Positions 11,521 through 23,371 of a stretch of 64,000 nucleotides of DNA are shown piece after piece. The DNA is from Octopus bimaculoides (Eukaryota): contig NC_068983.1 of the NCBI RefSeq assembly GCF_001194135.2, forward strand, positions 163,674,454 to 163,738,453, given 5' to 3'. The first letter of the stretch is position 1. Each line of letters opens with the position of its first letter. A model generated the notes under the pieces. That model saw only the letters and a program-made list of their open reading frames with translations. It did not search any database and had not been told where the DNA came from. The translations under genes and the position numbers were made by a program.

Positions 11521-13120
11521 GATTTACTGAAGCTGAAAGAATGAAAAGCAAAGTTGACCTCGGTGAGGTTTGAACTCAGAACGCTGATGATCTAGGTGCG
11601 TGTGACTGCGTGTGTGAGGTGAGGAGAACAATTGAATTACAGGTAGAACCTACAGAGAGAGAGAAGAGTGAAGAAAGGGGGAGAGAGTAGGGAGAGAGAG
11701 AGAGGAATGAGGGAGAAGATATTAAGTCTATATCTGGATTCGAACATTATTTATCGACCTTGAAAGGGGGAAAGGTAAAGTTGACATTGGTGGAATTTGA
11801 GACGCTGATAACCAGAATGAGGGTGACGTTCCGGAGAAAGAGAGAGATAAGAATGAGAGAGTGTTGTAAGAATGTGAATGAGATTGACCTTACTTGTAGA
11901 TTCGTAAGTTCTTTGTCCATCACAAAAAGATAAGAGGCATAGTTGACTTCAGAGGAACTCGAACGCAGAACGTAGACAATCAAAATGAATTCTGTGAACG
12001 ATTCTTTCTAGTTGACGCTCCAACGGCTTTATCAATTTTTCGCCTATGTAAGAGTGGTGGTGGTGGTGGGGCAATAGATAACATTAATTCGATACTAATA
12101 TATCGACACTTTTAATCGATCTTACAATATATCGACTACAACACAAGATGAAGTATGAAATGGGAAGTGAGGGCCAATATATGGAGCTCAAACAATGTCT
12201 GCCAACGTTAAACATATCGCCGTAATACAGGCTTCAGTAGAATAACCTCTCATATTTTATACAGCCATTGAGGCAGGTGGTAAAGAGTCTTTCCTGTAGT
12301 TAACGTCTTATCGTTTTCCTTGTTCAGTTACTTTTGTGGTTTGGACTGGTGTGCACTGTGTTTCTCCTATTCATATAATATATAATGATGAATGTAGGGT
12401 GGCGAGCTGGTACAATCGCCAGCACGTGATTCGTTTACTTCCCGCCTACCAAATCCACTCACAACGCTTTGTTCGGCCTAAGGGTAAAATAAAAGACACT
12501 TCCTAAGATGTCACGTTGTGGGACTGAACCCAGATCCATGTGATTGGGAAGCAAACTTCTTATCATACAGCTACGCTTGCGCCTATCTCAAGATAGTTAA
12601 AATATCTGACTGACGGAAGTAAAGTTGGATCACGTATACTGTACGTTGATCCACTTTACAGTTAAATCTATCAATCCTTAATTAGTATTTCTTAATCAAT
12701 GTTTAATCATTAGTACGACAGCAAGTGGTAGATACAGCTTTTAAACTAAATATAGAACTGCATTAACAAGTATCTCTGTAAATAGTGGTTTTCGATATTT
12801 CTGACAGCTTTGATGTGCATTCCTTTGGTGTCAATCACAAGAAGGGACTGTGTTACACACAGAGAGATTCAACAGATAATACATATAGCGTTTTATAAGG
12901 AGAAAATCAATAGGTTACCATTAGCGAATCGATATTTTCCCCATGAAGTTACCGAGCTTAAATATTTGTTTCTTCACAGACACAGGTGGAAGCATTCTCG
13001 TGTTAAAAGTACAAAGACATCGCTTATTATTTAGCTACAACAAAGTCCGCAAGTTAAAGGCTGAGAGAGATAGAAATAGATAAATACATAGCTAGGAAAC
13101 GAGAAAGATGGAGAAAGAGG

Positions 13121-13198
<78 letters not shown>

Positions 13199-13899
13199 GA
13201 AAGGGCGAGAGAGAGAAAGGGTGAGAGAGAAAGTGAGAGAAAGAGGGAGACATAAAGGATATCACTCATAGATCTAAGTGCAAGCGTATACGCCCGATGA
13301 ATTTGGAATAGATTCAAAGAATTCAAAGAATCGCAGATCAAAGATGTACCCAAGCTATCAGTTTCAAACCCAAAAGCAACACAAAAGAATTACACAAAGA
13401 CCAAAGTGACATGTGAAACTCATTAACCATTTCCATATGTAAAAAAAGTAATATAGTAAAGAAATTCAAATGTAGTCGAAAAAAATATAAGGAATTCATA
13501 TGATAATGGCATAAATAAAATAAGGAAGCAAGAGGCATCTGACACAAAACCTTTAAAAAGCTGGTCAATAGTTGATCTCCAAGAGGTTCAGCGGAACTGT
13601 GTCAGTGACCAGGTCGAAGATGGTCAACATTTTGACATTTTATGGTATAGAATATTATCAAGGGATTAGACGAGAGGGGACGTAAAAGTGCTGTAAATGG
13701 CGGCTATGGCTCTTCCACGATGTAATTGTTTCCGTTTCCGGTCACGAACTCTGATTCAGTCACTTGCACATTCACAATTATAACCTTGGGATATTTGTGT
13801 GCATGTATGTATGTATGTATGTATGTATGTATGTATGTATGTATGTATGTATGTATGTATGTGTGTGTGTATGTATATGTATATATGTTTGTGTGTGTG

Positions 13900-14255
13900 T
13901 TATCAGTTTTATTTCAAGACTTCCTGCCAATTGAGAAAGGGCCAGTTTCTAATCTATAGCCAAGGTTCTCTTATTGGAATTTCAACAACATCAGGGTATT
14001 TGTGAATGTTTGTGTGAATGTGTATAACAGTTGCTGTCAGTACTTGTGCAGGCTTATATTTATTTTGTGTTACGTTCGTATTCTCATGTGTATTGTTGCA
14101 TGTCTAGATATAAAGCAGATATATTTAAATGTGAAACTTTTGGAAAGTTTTACAAGTTTTGACAATTCTATTGATGGCTTGAATCTGCAATCTTCTAATT
14201 AGCTTCCGCCTTTCTGGTTTTGAGAAAACTGGTGCTTAGGCAGTATAGATGTTTG
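13900..14255 (-). mobile_element. RLE retrotransposon 3' end, family epsilon, at (TACA)n
   Basis: Encodes FSKPERRKLIRRLQIQAINRIVKTCKTFQKFHI* plus a 3' UTR ending gaaataaaactgataa. Homologous to 50041-50270; (ATAC)n-type repeats on both sides. Confidence 0.7.
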
Positions 14256-14262
14256 TATGTGC

Positions 14263-14293
<31 letters not shown>

Positions 14294-14330
14294 TGTATGT
14301 ATGTATGTATGTGCGTATGTATGTATGTAT

Positions 14331-14935
14331 CTTATATTCTTTGTTCTCGGTGACTCCTTCTGTTTCATGTTCGTACCATTTCTATATTCTGTTCAGGCTC
14401 TACTTTTCACATAGTCTCCAATGAACAAACTTAGCCACAATATTGTGCTTCCTTCTGTAGTGCTTTTGGACCATCTTGATACACTCACACACAATATGCG
14501 AGATTGTTTCGTTTTTGCTACCGCACATCTTGTTTGTTAAATGTTTGTGTCGCTTCACATTTTCGGTAGGTATTTTATTGAAAATTCTATCAACGGCAAG
14601 CAAGGATGCACTCTGTTGTTTGATGTACCATCTCAGACTGTTATTTTCGTTGACAACACAGATTTTGCATCTTCTGAGGCCTTTTTATCCCTTGTCCCTA
14701 GGCACATACAGTCTGTCAATGTCGCTTTTTTGAGTGTGTTTCATTATTAATTGTCATCACTTTTCTGGTTTTGCTATTCATTTCCCCAAGCTCGTTCTTT
14801 GTCCACCTAACAACTCCTGCACCAAAATTATTACCACTTTTCTTCATCTTCGTTCAATTCTATTTCCATTTCTTGCCTAGTATCCTCCTGACACCTAGGG
14901 CAGAGGAACTCACTGTCTACATTACTAGGCCATTA
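14331..14935 (-). mobile_element. R4/Dong-clade internal fragment (RT C-terminus to CCHC), decayed, family gamma
   Basis: Encodes GAGVVRWTKNELGEMNSKTRKVMT and MCGSKNETISHIVCEC..KHNIVAKFVHWRLC. Confidence 0.8.
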
Positions 14936-15573
14936 AAATAAAGACACCAGATTGTCCGTTTACAAAGTCATGTGATCGAGAAAAGGGAGAAGAAGGACAG
15001 AGAGAAAAAGGAAAAACGAAAAAATGAAAAACTAAGAGAAGAAAATAGAGGTGAAAAAAAGGAAAGACAATTCACAGTGACAATGCTCTTCTCAGTACGT
15101 GTGGCGTACCAGTTCAGACAATCTTTGGCACTTCCTGCATGAGACTTGTAGAATCTGGTCTATTCACCAGCCTGCTTCTCTTCCTCCTACTATTCCCTTC
15201 AACCTTCACATATTTATGATTATCTCAAGTACAAGACAAAAGTTAAAACTAAACATTCAATAATACCACACAGTAGTAGTAAGAACAAAGATGGCAGATT
15301 TAAATAAATAATGTTTATACTGTCCGCCATGGCTGGAAAGGTTAGCCACAACGATACAAATCAAGACTCTATTGGTGGTAACTAACGTTGTGCAATGCTG
15401 TAATAGCAAGGTTAAAATAACTGTGATGGTTTTAATGTCGACAATAGTGGCAAAGATAACAAACCGTTTCTACATCTGCTACAACGGCTGAATACTAATG
15501 ATTTTAAAGTAGTGCAAATATGTCTTACGAAACAAAAAGGGAAACTACAACAATACACCAAATCGCTTGACTT

Positions 15574-15940
15574 ATGGTTAATCTGGAAGCGCGTCCCCCA
15601 GGGGAGAGCCAACCTGAGGTCGAAAAGTCATCCACTGGCACAATCTCTTCTCTGAATACGAACCTGGATGGTCACTTGAACGGGAACTGCCCCAACTCGA
15701 GTCCTCCAAGTCCATCACCACACCCACCACAAAAAGAAAAATGTAAGTCGATCAAATGGACTCGGGAAGAGTATACAGAAGTAATATACTCCTATTAATA
15801 TGCATTAGGCGGACCATCTGAACAGAAACACACGGTACACTCTTATCTCTTATCAAGTATGGAGAACACGATATCAAGACAGCAGAATACATTTGGATGA
15901 AAACAAGTTAGCAAATGCTAGGAAGAATATCTAAAAGACT
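15574..15940 (+). mobile_element. Probable N-terminal region of an R4/Dong-clade ORF
   Basis: Encodes KWTREEYTEVIYSY*YAL..QVWRTRYQDSRIHLDENKLANARKNI, resembling the KWT.EE..LA.Q.R.I N-terminal motif as I recall it. Confidence 0.55.
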
Positions 15941-15968
15941 CACAGATATGCTTTATTATTATTATTAT

Positions 15969-16756
15969 GTGATGAAAACTCACATCTTATTTTGCTGGGT
16001 ATGATGGAAAGAGCCAGTTGTCCACAGCCCGCGGACTAAGGAGACACTTGTTTACTGGTCATGCCTCAAGAACCCTGCGAAGAATTCTTGCAGTTCCAAG
16101 CAATGCTGAGTTTTATAGGTGTTCTACCATCACAATTGCACCAATCTTTTTAACACTTGCACCAATCTTTTTAACACTTGCACCAATCTTTTTAACACTT
16201 GCACCAATCTTTTTCAGCCATGCTGAGTGCTGATACTTCCAAGTGCACCAATTACAATTGGTATCGCATCTACTCTCTTCATTGGTTCCAACCTTCGTAT
16301 TTCCTACTTCAAATCGTCATAGTTGTTTATTTTGTTCTTCTTCTTGTCACCAGAGTATGCTATATCGATTATCATGCATTTTCTTTCTTTTTTATTCCCC
16401 ACAACAATGTCTGGTTTCTGATGTCTGGTCAGGTGATCGCACTGGATCAATGCATCCCACAGGATTTTGCAATTCTTATTTTCGGTGATTCCTTCTGGGG
16501 TTTGCTCATACCACGTCTTTGCTCTTTGTAGGCCGTGATTTCCACAGAGCTCCCAATGGATCACTTTTGCCAAATTGTCATGGCGTCTTTTGTATTCACG
16601 TTGTGCCAATTTCGAGCATTCGCTAACGATGTGCCATACCGTTTCGCCCCTCTCGCCACACATTCTGTATTTGTGCCTATTGGCAGTGTTGTCTATTCTG
16701 CACTTCATATAGTTGGTCCTTAACGCTTGTTCCTCAGCTGCGCATATGAGTGCTTC
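15969..16756 (-). mobile_element. R4/Dong-clade 3' fragment (CCHC knuckle plus RLE), family alpha
   Basis: Encodes EALICAAEEQALRTNY..CRMCGERGETVWHIVSEC..RHD..KPDIVV..IIDIA. It has an (AAT)n tail, and its 5' junction lies in (GAT)n. Confidence 0.92.
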
Positions 16757-16798
16757 ATTATCATCATCATCATCATCGTCATCATCATCATCATCATT

Positions 16799-16847
<49 letters not shown>

Positions 16848-16860
16848 CCACCATCATCAA

Positions 16861-16913
<53 letters not shown>

Positions 16914-16945
16914 CCATCATCAACATCATCAACATCATCATCATC
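16757..16945. repeat. (CAT)n microsatellite
   Basis: About 60 units with occasional CAC/CAA variants. Confidence 0.95.
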
Positions 16946-18018
16946 TTTAATCTGCAGAAGTTACAGGGTAGATGAAAGGTTGAGAGTTTCGTGCAGTGTT
17001 CGATAAGTGTCGACGCACAAAACTTTCGCTTCTTGAATCATTCTATGACTTTTGCTGATTTTTATTAAAAATATATATACTTACTTCACTTGAGCTCTAC
17101 TTTCCTGTTTGCATCGCCAAACCAATATATCTACCTACCTACCTACACCCATGCATACATCAATACATACATACACACGTACATATATATACACACACTT
17201 ATGATGTATATTTATATATATGTTACATTGATATGTATATAGACATGTATAAAATATGTGAAATAAAACCAATAATTCCGAAACCAATTCCATAGATGCA
17301 CACAGGTACGACCATATCACCATTTCGTCATGTCGCCATATCGTTAAGCAATTCAATTTATCTATTGCAGACGCTCAGTAAAAATCCTTCGATTCGCCAA
17401 TAAACATAAAATACAAATCCAATATCACGACATATTCCTTTTGTTGTTGATTTTTTTCTGTCTTTGCCGTAAGAAACTTTCCATCTCAAGAAAAACCTTA
17501 CTTACTTTTAGCACCCGCCGATAATAATATTAAAAATAATGCTTGAGATGCTTGGAACAGCTGAGAGGAATAGCACAGAGATGTTGAAGTGGTATAAACA
17601 GGAATCATTGGTATCATAACATCGAATCGCCTGTCTTTCGATTGCAGTCAACCGTCATGCGGCGTCCTCCTTCGCCACGTCGCAAACATGGCGTCTACTC
17701 AAGAAAAATAAAGTTTAAAGAGAGCATCATCTTTAATCTTCACAAACATAACCATCAGAGGAATGAAGGTTATATGGTGCTTTTGCTGGAGGACGTGAAA
17801 TCATTTGCAACATAAAGAATTTCAGGAGAGACGTGATTGGAATCTAGTCTCGGAGTTCATAAATACTATAAAAACACTACACAGGTACACAAATACATGG
17901 CACATAAACACACACACACACACACACACATACTCACACACGCACACACACAACCACTCACACACACACAAACACACTAACACACATATACACACACACA
18001 TGCACACACACACAACAC

Positions 18019-18071
<53 letters not shown>

Positions 18072-18493
18072 AATGCATCTGTATACATATATAAATATAG
18101 GTGTGGATGTGTGTATGTATCTGTGTGTTTATTAGTATATATACACACATATGGATACATATATACATACGTATGTATGTATGTATGTATGTATATAGAC
18201 ATGTATATACATTCATATAGACATACGTATATATTCGTATACATATACAAGTAATCATATTCTGTAACGTACAGATTAAAGATTATTCAACATGTTAAGC
18301 AAGGTAAATATTTTATATAGTTTATAGTTAATGTTCACTACTTTGCTTCACCTTACATGTCCGAACGAACAGCTATCTTCAGACCAGGCACCAAAAATCA
18401 ATAAACGCAAATTTCCTGAACTAAAATTTTTTCACGCCAGCACTAAACGGCACCGAACAACGCGTTACAAACTTGTCGTTCGCTTTAACTGTG

Positions 18494-18610
18494 CTACACC
18501 AGATTGAAGTTCGTCTCAGCCGCAGGGTGCGCAGGGCAGGCGCGGAACTTCACCCTCTTTATATCACTTCCTGTCTCATGAGCTTCTTCAACTGTATCTG
18601 AAATCGTATC
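18494..18610 (-). CDS. Candidate stop-containing exon of an unidentified gene (DTISDTVEEAHETGSDIKRVKFRACPAHPAAETNFNLV*)
   Basis: Acceptor ttatttctgtttcag and locally GC-rich sequence; it joins the 18753-18799 exon in frame across a 141-nt GT-AG intron. An alternative frame is also open. Confidence 0.4.
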   Translation of the reverse strand, partial: DTISDTVEEAHETGSDIKRVKFRACPAHPAAETNFNLV

Positions 18611-18752
18611 CTGAAACAGAAATAATCGAGTTATAGTAACTATTAATATCATATTTATATTTATTTCCATTTAAATGAAAATAAATATAAATTGACCTTA
18701 TTATATGTTATAAGTATCCAATTGTTTTGCAGCTATGTCCCTGATCACTTAC

Positions 18753-18799
18753 AACATTCGACTGCATTTGTTGGGGATCATCTTTTGACTGGGAATTAC
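18753..18799 (-). CDS. Candidate 47-nt internal exon (xNSQSKDDPQQMQSNV)
   Basis: Acceptor catttacattttcttcag and donor GTAAGT. Confidence 0.45.
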
Positions 18800-19749
18800 C
18801 TGAAGAAAATGTAAATGAAGAAAGCTTCAATAGTAGTGATGTGGTTTACATAAAAGCTGAGGGATCTGGGTTTCAGAGGATAACAGGATGTGTATCTTTT
18901 ACGTGTCTACAAAAATTGATTTGCAGTGTCTGGTTTGGATTATTATCTGGGCTGGATTGGAGAATTGGTAAGCGAAATTTGAGATTTCGTTTAGAATCTA
19001 GAAACGTGTAGAAAATAAGAGTATGTTGCATGTTATGATACCGATACCACGATGTGGGGGAATGGCGTCCAAGTTGTCTGCAACAAAGTGAACCCCTCCA
19101 AATAACTTTATGATCCAAGAAGTGATTTTAAACCTTTCGGTGTGATATGCCTATCCTCAGAAATAAGTAAAAAAAGCTGATATTAAACAAGATTACATTG
19201 GACAATACCATGCAGGAATAAAAAAAATGTCCTGTCCTCGAGATAAAAAGGCTTTACAAAACCTTTTATATTTGTGAGATGAATGTAAAATCTTCAGTGG
19301 GTAGCATTAACACAAAAATTTCCTACACTGGTATGAGTGAAAACAGTTTTAAACATGGCTAGCTAAACCACAAAATTCACCAACAGTTGCCAAAATAATG
19401 TGGGTCACAAAATTGTCAAGATATGTATAGCAACTGATAAACAATACATTGTCAATTTTCACATTAAAAGTCTATCGCCAACTATGTGGCCTTGAAAACA
19501 GAATATCTGCGGAGAAATCCTATACATTTGCTTTCCACTTTCCATCAAACTTCCTACTTCGTACATTTGATAAATCTCCTGGTGAGCCAGGCCTTTCAAC
19601 TCGCATACATGTCAGGCCAAACCAGTGTACAAACATATATATGCAAACTCGTCCTTCAACAAACTGAATGACATTGGTATTCGTTTTATCTCAGACTCTG
19701 AAATGTGCTCCTCTGCTGTTCAAGGTGGCAAGATGTCTAAACGATGAAG

Positions 19750-19970
19750 TTGTTACTATCGTTGTCGCTGTTTATGTCGGTGTAAACTGTACTGAGCAGA
19801 CCTTTGCTCGGAAGCTTTCTAACTGTGACCGTCCTGACTTCTTATAGATCAAAAACTACATTGTCCAATTTCTCTTTTTCTCAGGATGCTAGAGTGTGAT
19901 ATGAGGGAGGTTTGGCTGCTATTTTTAGATGGTGGATGAACCACGTAGAGGCCCTCTCATTGGCTCGTCT
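19750..19970 (-). mobile_element. Short (AAC)n-tailed retroposon, family F
   Basis: Homologous to 45750-45960 (+) and 62140-62340 (-) (aaatagcagccaaa..ctc..cacac..ggtctgctc). Confidence 0.6.
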
Positions 19971-20466
19971 GAATCGATAATTTATGTGTTCAGAACTTTC
20001 AACTTTTGGGTAACCAATTTTCAGTTTCAGTCCTCCTTGGGTATTTGCAGGGATTGGTGTATTTATTTCGTTGGTGACCCCTAGCTCATTAGCGCAGTAT
20101 CTAGCTTTAGAGTATGCACTTAGCTCTTGCTAATTAAGCTGATTCTACATCGAAAATTATATTAAGAATTACTTGAAAAGTCTTCGGTTCTGCTCTATCT
20201 TGTTGTAGCCTATTGTATTTTGATAAAGTTCGGAAGCCGGTTAAATCGACCCCGGTACACGACTGGTTCTTTATTTCATTGAACCCCTAAAAATAAAGCA
20301 CAGTTGACCGCCACGTGATTTGAACTCAGAACCCAAAATTCTGGAACCAATATCGCATAGCATTTTATCAAATGATCTCACGATTCTGCCATTAACGATT
20401 TTTGCTTGAGCAGCGTCTGGGGTTCCAGTTATTTAATATAAAATAAATTTAACACAAATAATTCAT

Positions 20467-20495
20467 GGTAGCAGCAGCAGCAGTAGCAGTAGTAA

Positions 20496-20531
<36 letters not shown>

Positions 20532-20850
20532 GCAGCGTTGGTGGCTATCCGTGGCAGGTGGACGTTGACTGTTCTGTTCAGATTCTGAACAAAACACCTT
20601 GGATGGTTAGCGAGGCAATTGACGTCGTTCCGCCAACCAGCCTGGTTCTCTGGGCCTCCAATCAAGACGCCAATTGGTGTACAAGAGTGCAGCCTCACAA
20701 TAGTAGCTCACTTGCTAGTCGACACCCAACCATTGTCTGATAGTGCAGATGTCCCACTTGGCTGCAATAACCTTCAAACAGTTTGTCTGGAATTCCTCCA
20801 CCTTGTTGCTTGTCCAACGTCCTGCTGCTGATGTTTCTACGGTGGCCTTA
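20467..20850 (-). mobile_element. RTE-like LINE 3' fragment with (TAC)n tail
   Basis: Encodes KATVE..WTSNKVEEFQTNCLKVI..WRPREPGWRNDV, a frameshifted match to the RTE RT C-terminus. Confidence 0.6.
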
Positions 20851-21357
20851 CACGAAAGGCTCAGGTTTGTCGTAAACTATTTTCTATAACAAGTGTATCA
20901 ATAATAAATGTGAACAAATAGATATAAAAATATACTTGTTGTTCTTTCCATTGTAACATGCTCGATGTTGCAAGCTATTGAAAAAATGTCATTTTGTATT
21001 TGAAGCGCAGACGACAATTAATTTGATTCTTGCATTTCATTAATTTTTATCAATAAATTACTGCAATTTCATGGACTGAAAATCTTCTAACCTTTTTCCT
21101 TATATCGTCATTAATGTTTAATCAAATGCATAACTTACGTATAATTGAATTAACGTTCATTTCCCTCCCTGCTTCGAAGTTGACAAATTGTGCATGCCGG
21201 TTCAACTGATTTAATGCCCAATATCCCGACGGTATTTTTCCTAATGACCATATTAATTGAAAGTAACGAATAACAGCACATAGCTGAATAAATTAATAAT
21301 TTTTACAAGTTACTAAGCAGTGTTTAACGTTACGTATTTGATATTGTTTATAATTTC

Positions 21358-21958
21358 AGAACAAAGCTAGCAATTTTGTGGGTTGATAGATTTTATCGAC
21401 TCCAGTGCTCAACTGGTACTTATTTTATCTACCCCGGAAGGACAAAAGTCATAGTCGATCTCGGCGGAATTTGAACTCAGAGCCGGAAGACATGCCACTA
21501 GTTTTTTCGTCCGACGGTCTAATGATTCTGCCAGCTCGCTGTCTCCGTTATGCATGTAACGTTCCTGTCTACTCTAAGCACAAGGCCTTAAACTATGGCG
21601 CGATGAGTATCACCAATTACATCGACTCCAGTGTGCAACTGGTATTTATTTTATCGACTCCGAAAGGATGAAAGGGAAAGTCGACCTCGGCAGCATTTGA
21701 ACTCAGAACGCCAAGGCGGACGAAATGCCGCTAAGCATTTTGTCCGGCATGCTAACGATTCTGCCAGCTTGTTGCCTTCTTAACGCATATAATATTGTAA
21801 CTAGTTGTCTTTACGTTTTGCGTTCAAATTCTGCCGAGGTCGACTTTGCCTTTCATCCTTTCAGAGTCGATGAATTAAGTAGTAGTTGCGTACTGGGGTC
21901 GATCTAATCGACTGCCCCCTCCCCAAAAATTTCGGGCCTTGTGCGTAGAAAAGAATAT
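21358..21958. mobile_element. Cluster of three family-A SINEs (-, -, +)
   Basis: Copies at ~21358-21545, ~21575-21775 and ~21810-21958 each carry the family core. Confidence 0.8.
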
Positions 21959-22339
21959 TGTAACAAGTTGTACATACACTATGTCCATAGATCAGCGCTG
22001 GTAGATGAGCCGTTCCATAGTCACTCGGCTCGGTAGCATTAGCAACTAAATCTTCCTCATCAGCGACTAAATCTACTAACTTACAATAAAGGGTGAATAG
22101 TCGTTTATTTATCCACTCTTTTTGAATAGAAAATGGAAAAGTCACCATTTGATAACCTAGAAATTTGTTTTCTGTTGTCAGAGATTTTGTATTAATTGAA
22201 TCCAATCTGCAATGCTGAATTCTGTTCGATCAGCTTAGATTTTCCAAGCATGACTGGAACTGATAAAATCTTATCTTTTGATTAAAATCCTCGAATTTGG
22301 GGGTTTTGAATGGTAAAGAGCTGGTTGAGCTGAAACATT

Positions 22340-22408
22340 AGTTAATAATAAGTATACAAAGACGTGTGAGTGGATCTGGTTGACGGAAACCGAAACAAGC
22401 CCGGCGTA

Positions 22409-22470
<62 letters not shown>

Positions 22471-22471
22471 C

Positions 22472-22511
<40 letters not shown>

Positions 22512-22722
22512 GTGTGCGTGTGTGTGGCTGTGTTTGTCCCCCAACACTGCTTGACAACCGGTATTGGTGTGTTTACATCCATATAGCTTAGTGAGGCAAA
22601 AAAAACCCGACAGAATAGTCACTGGACTTTTAAAAAAAGTACTGTGTGTGATTCGTTTTGACTATGGTTCCTCAAGCTGGTGCCCCAGCATGGCCGCAGT
22701 CTAATGAGTAAAACAAATAAAA
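22340..22722 (+). mobile_element. SINE family B, 5'-truncated
   Basis: gacggaaac..cccggcgtata, then (TA)n(TG)n, then gtttgtccccc..cttgacaaccg..ccagcatggccgcagtc. Confidence 0.85.
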
Positions 22723-23153
22723 CATTAAAGGTTACATTGGAAAACTGTTATTGTTAACCTTGGAAATATATCAACTTGAACGAAAAGGATCTTCAATGAT
22801 TTTCTCTTGCGTTTTAACCGCGAAAACTTTCTTTTAGGCACCAATATTAATCGTTTAACGTGTTAACGTCCCAGCATCCATGATCCATCATTAGAGTATG
22901 CTGGTTGAATACTTCCCCTTCCTTCTCACTGTCCGCTTCACAAGTCCCAGGGGAAATAATCCAGACACGAGGCGTACATTAATTTAGGCGTAGGCATGGC
23001 TTTAGGGTTAAGAAGATCGCTTTGCGACCAAATAGTTTCGAATGCGGCACCTTGGGCTTGGGTCTTCTACTATAGTCGGGACCAATGCCTTTTGAGATAA
23101 TTTGCTGAGGTGTCCATATTGTCACGTTCAGCAACATTACCATCACTAATGAT

Positions 23154-23371
23154 ACGAGGGGCGCTTAAACGTTCCTGGCTTTAAGGGTATCGCAAAAGGC
23201 CTGGTTGGAGGCCCAAACTTCCGAATTCTTTTACAAGCCTTAGAAAAGCTGAAGGACCGCTGCAATAAGTGTGTGAATTTGAGAGGGGAATATGTTGAAT
23301 AAAATCATAAGTAACCGATCCTCCTGTATTTGCTTTTAACCAAAGCCTGGAACTTTTCAGCACCCCCTCGT
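23154..23371 (+). mobile_element. Mariner-derived MITE
   Basis: ~30-bp TIRs acgagggg..gttcctggcttt / aaagcctggaacttttcagcaccccctcgt; internal KLKDRCNKCVNLRGEYVE* matches the mariner C-terminus. Confidence 0.85.

Noticed and set aside
12619-12659. 41-nt imperfect hairpin as a pre-miRNA
   Set aside because: It is too short and has no other support.
20850-20884. 32-nt minus-strand exon (KIVYDKPEPF)
   Set aside because: The apparent donor is part of the adjacent RTE fragment.
21970-22206. Upstream minus-strand exons (DLVADEEDL..; GYQMVTFPF..)
   Set aside because: Acceptors are weak and several incompatible phases fit.
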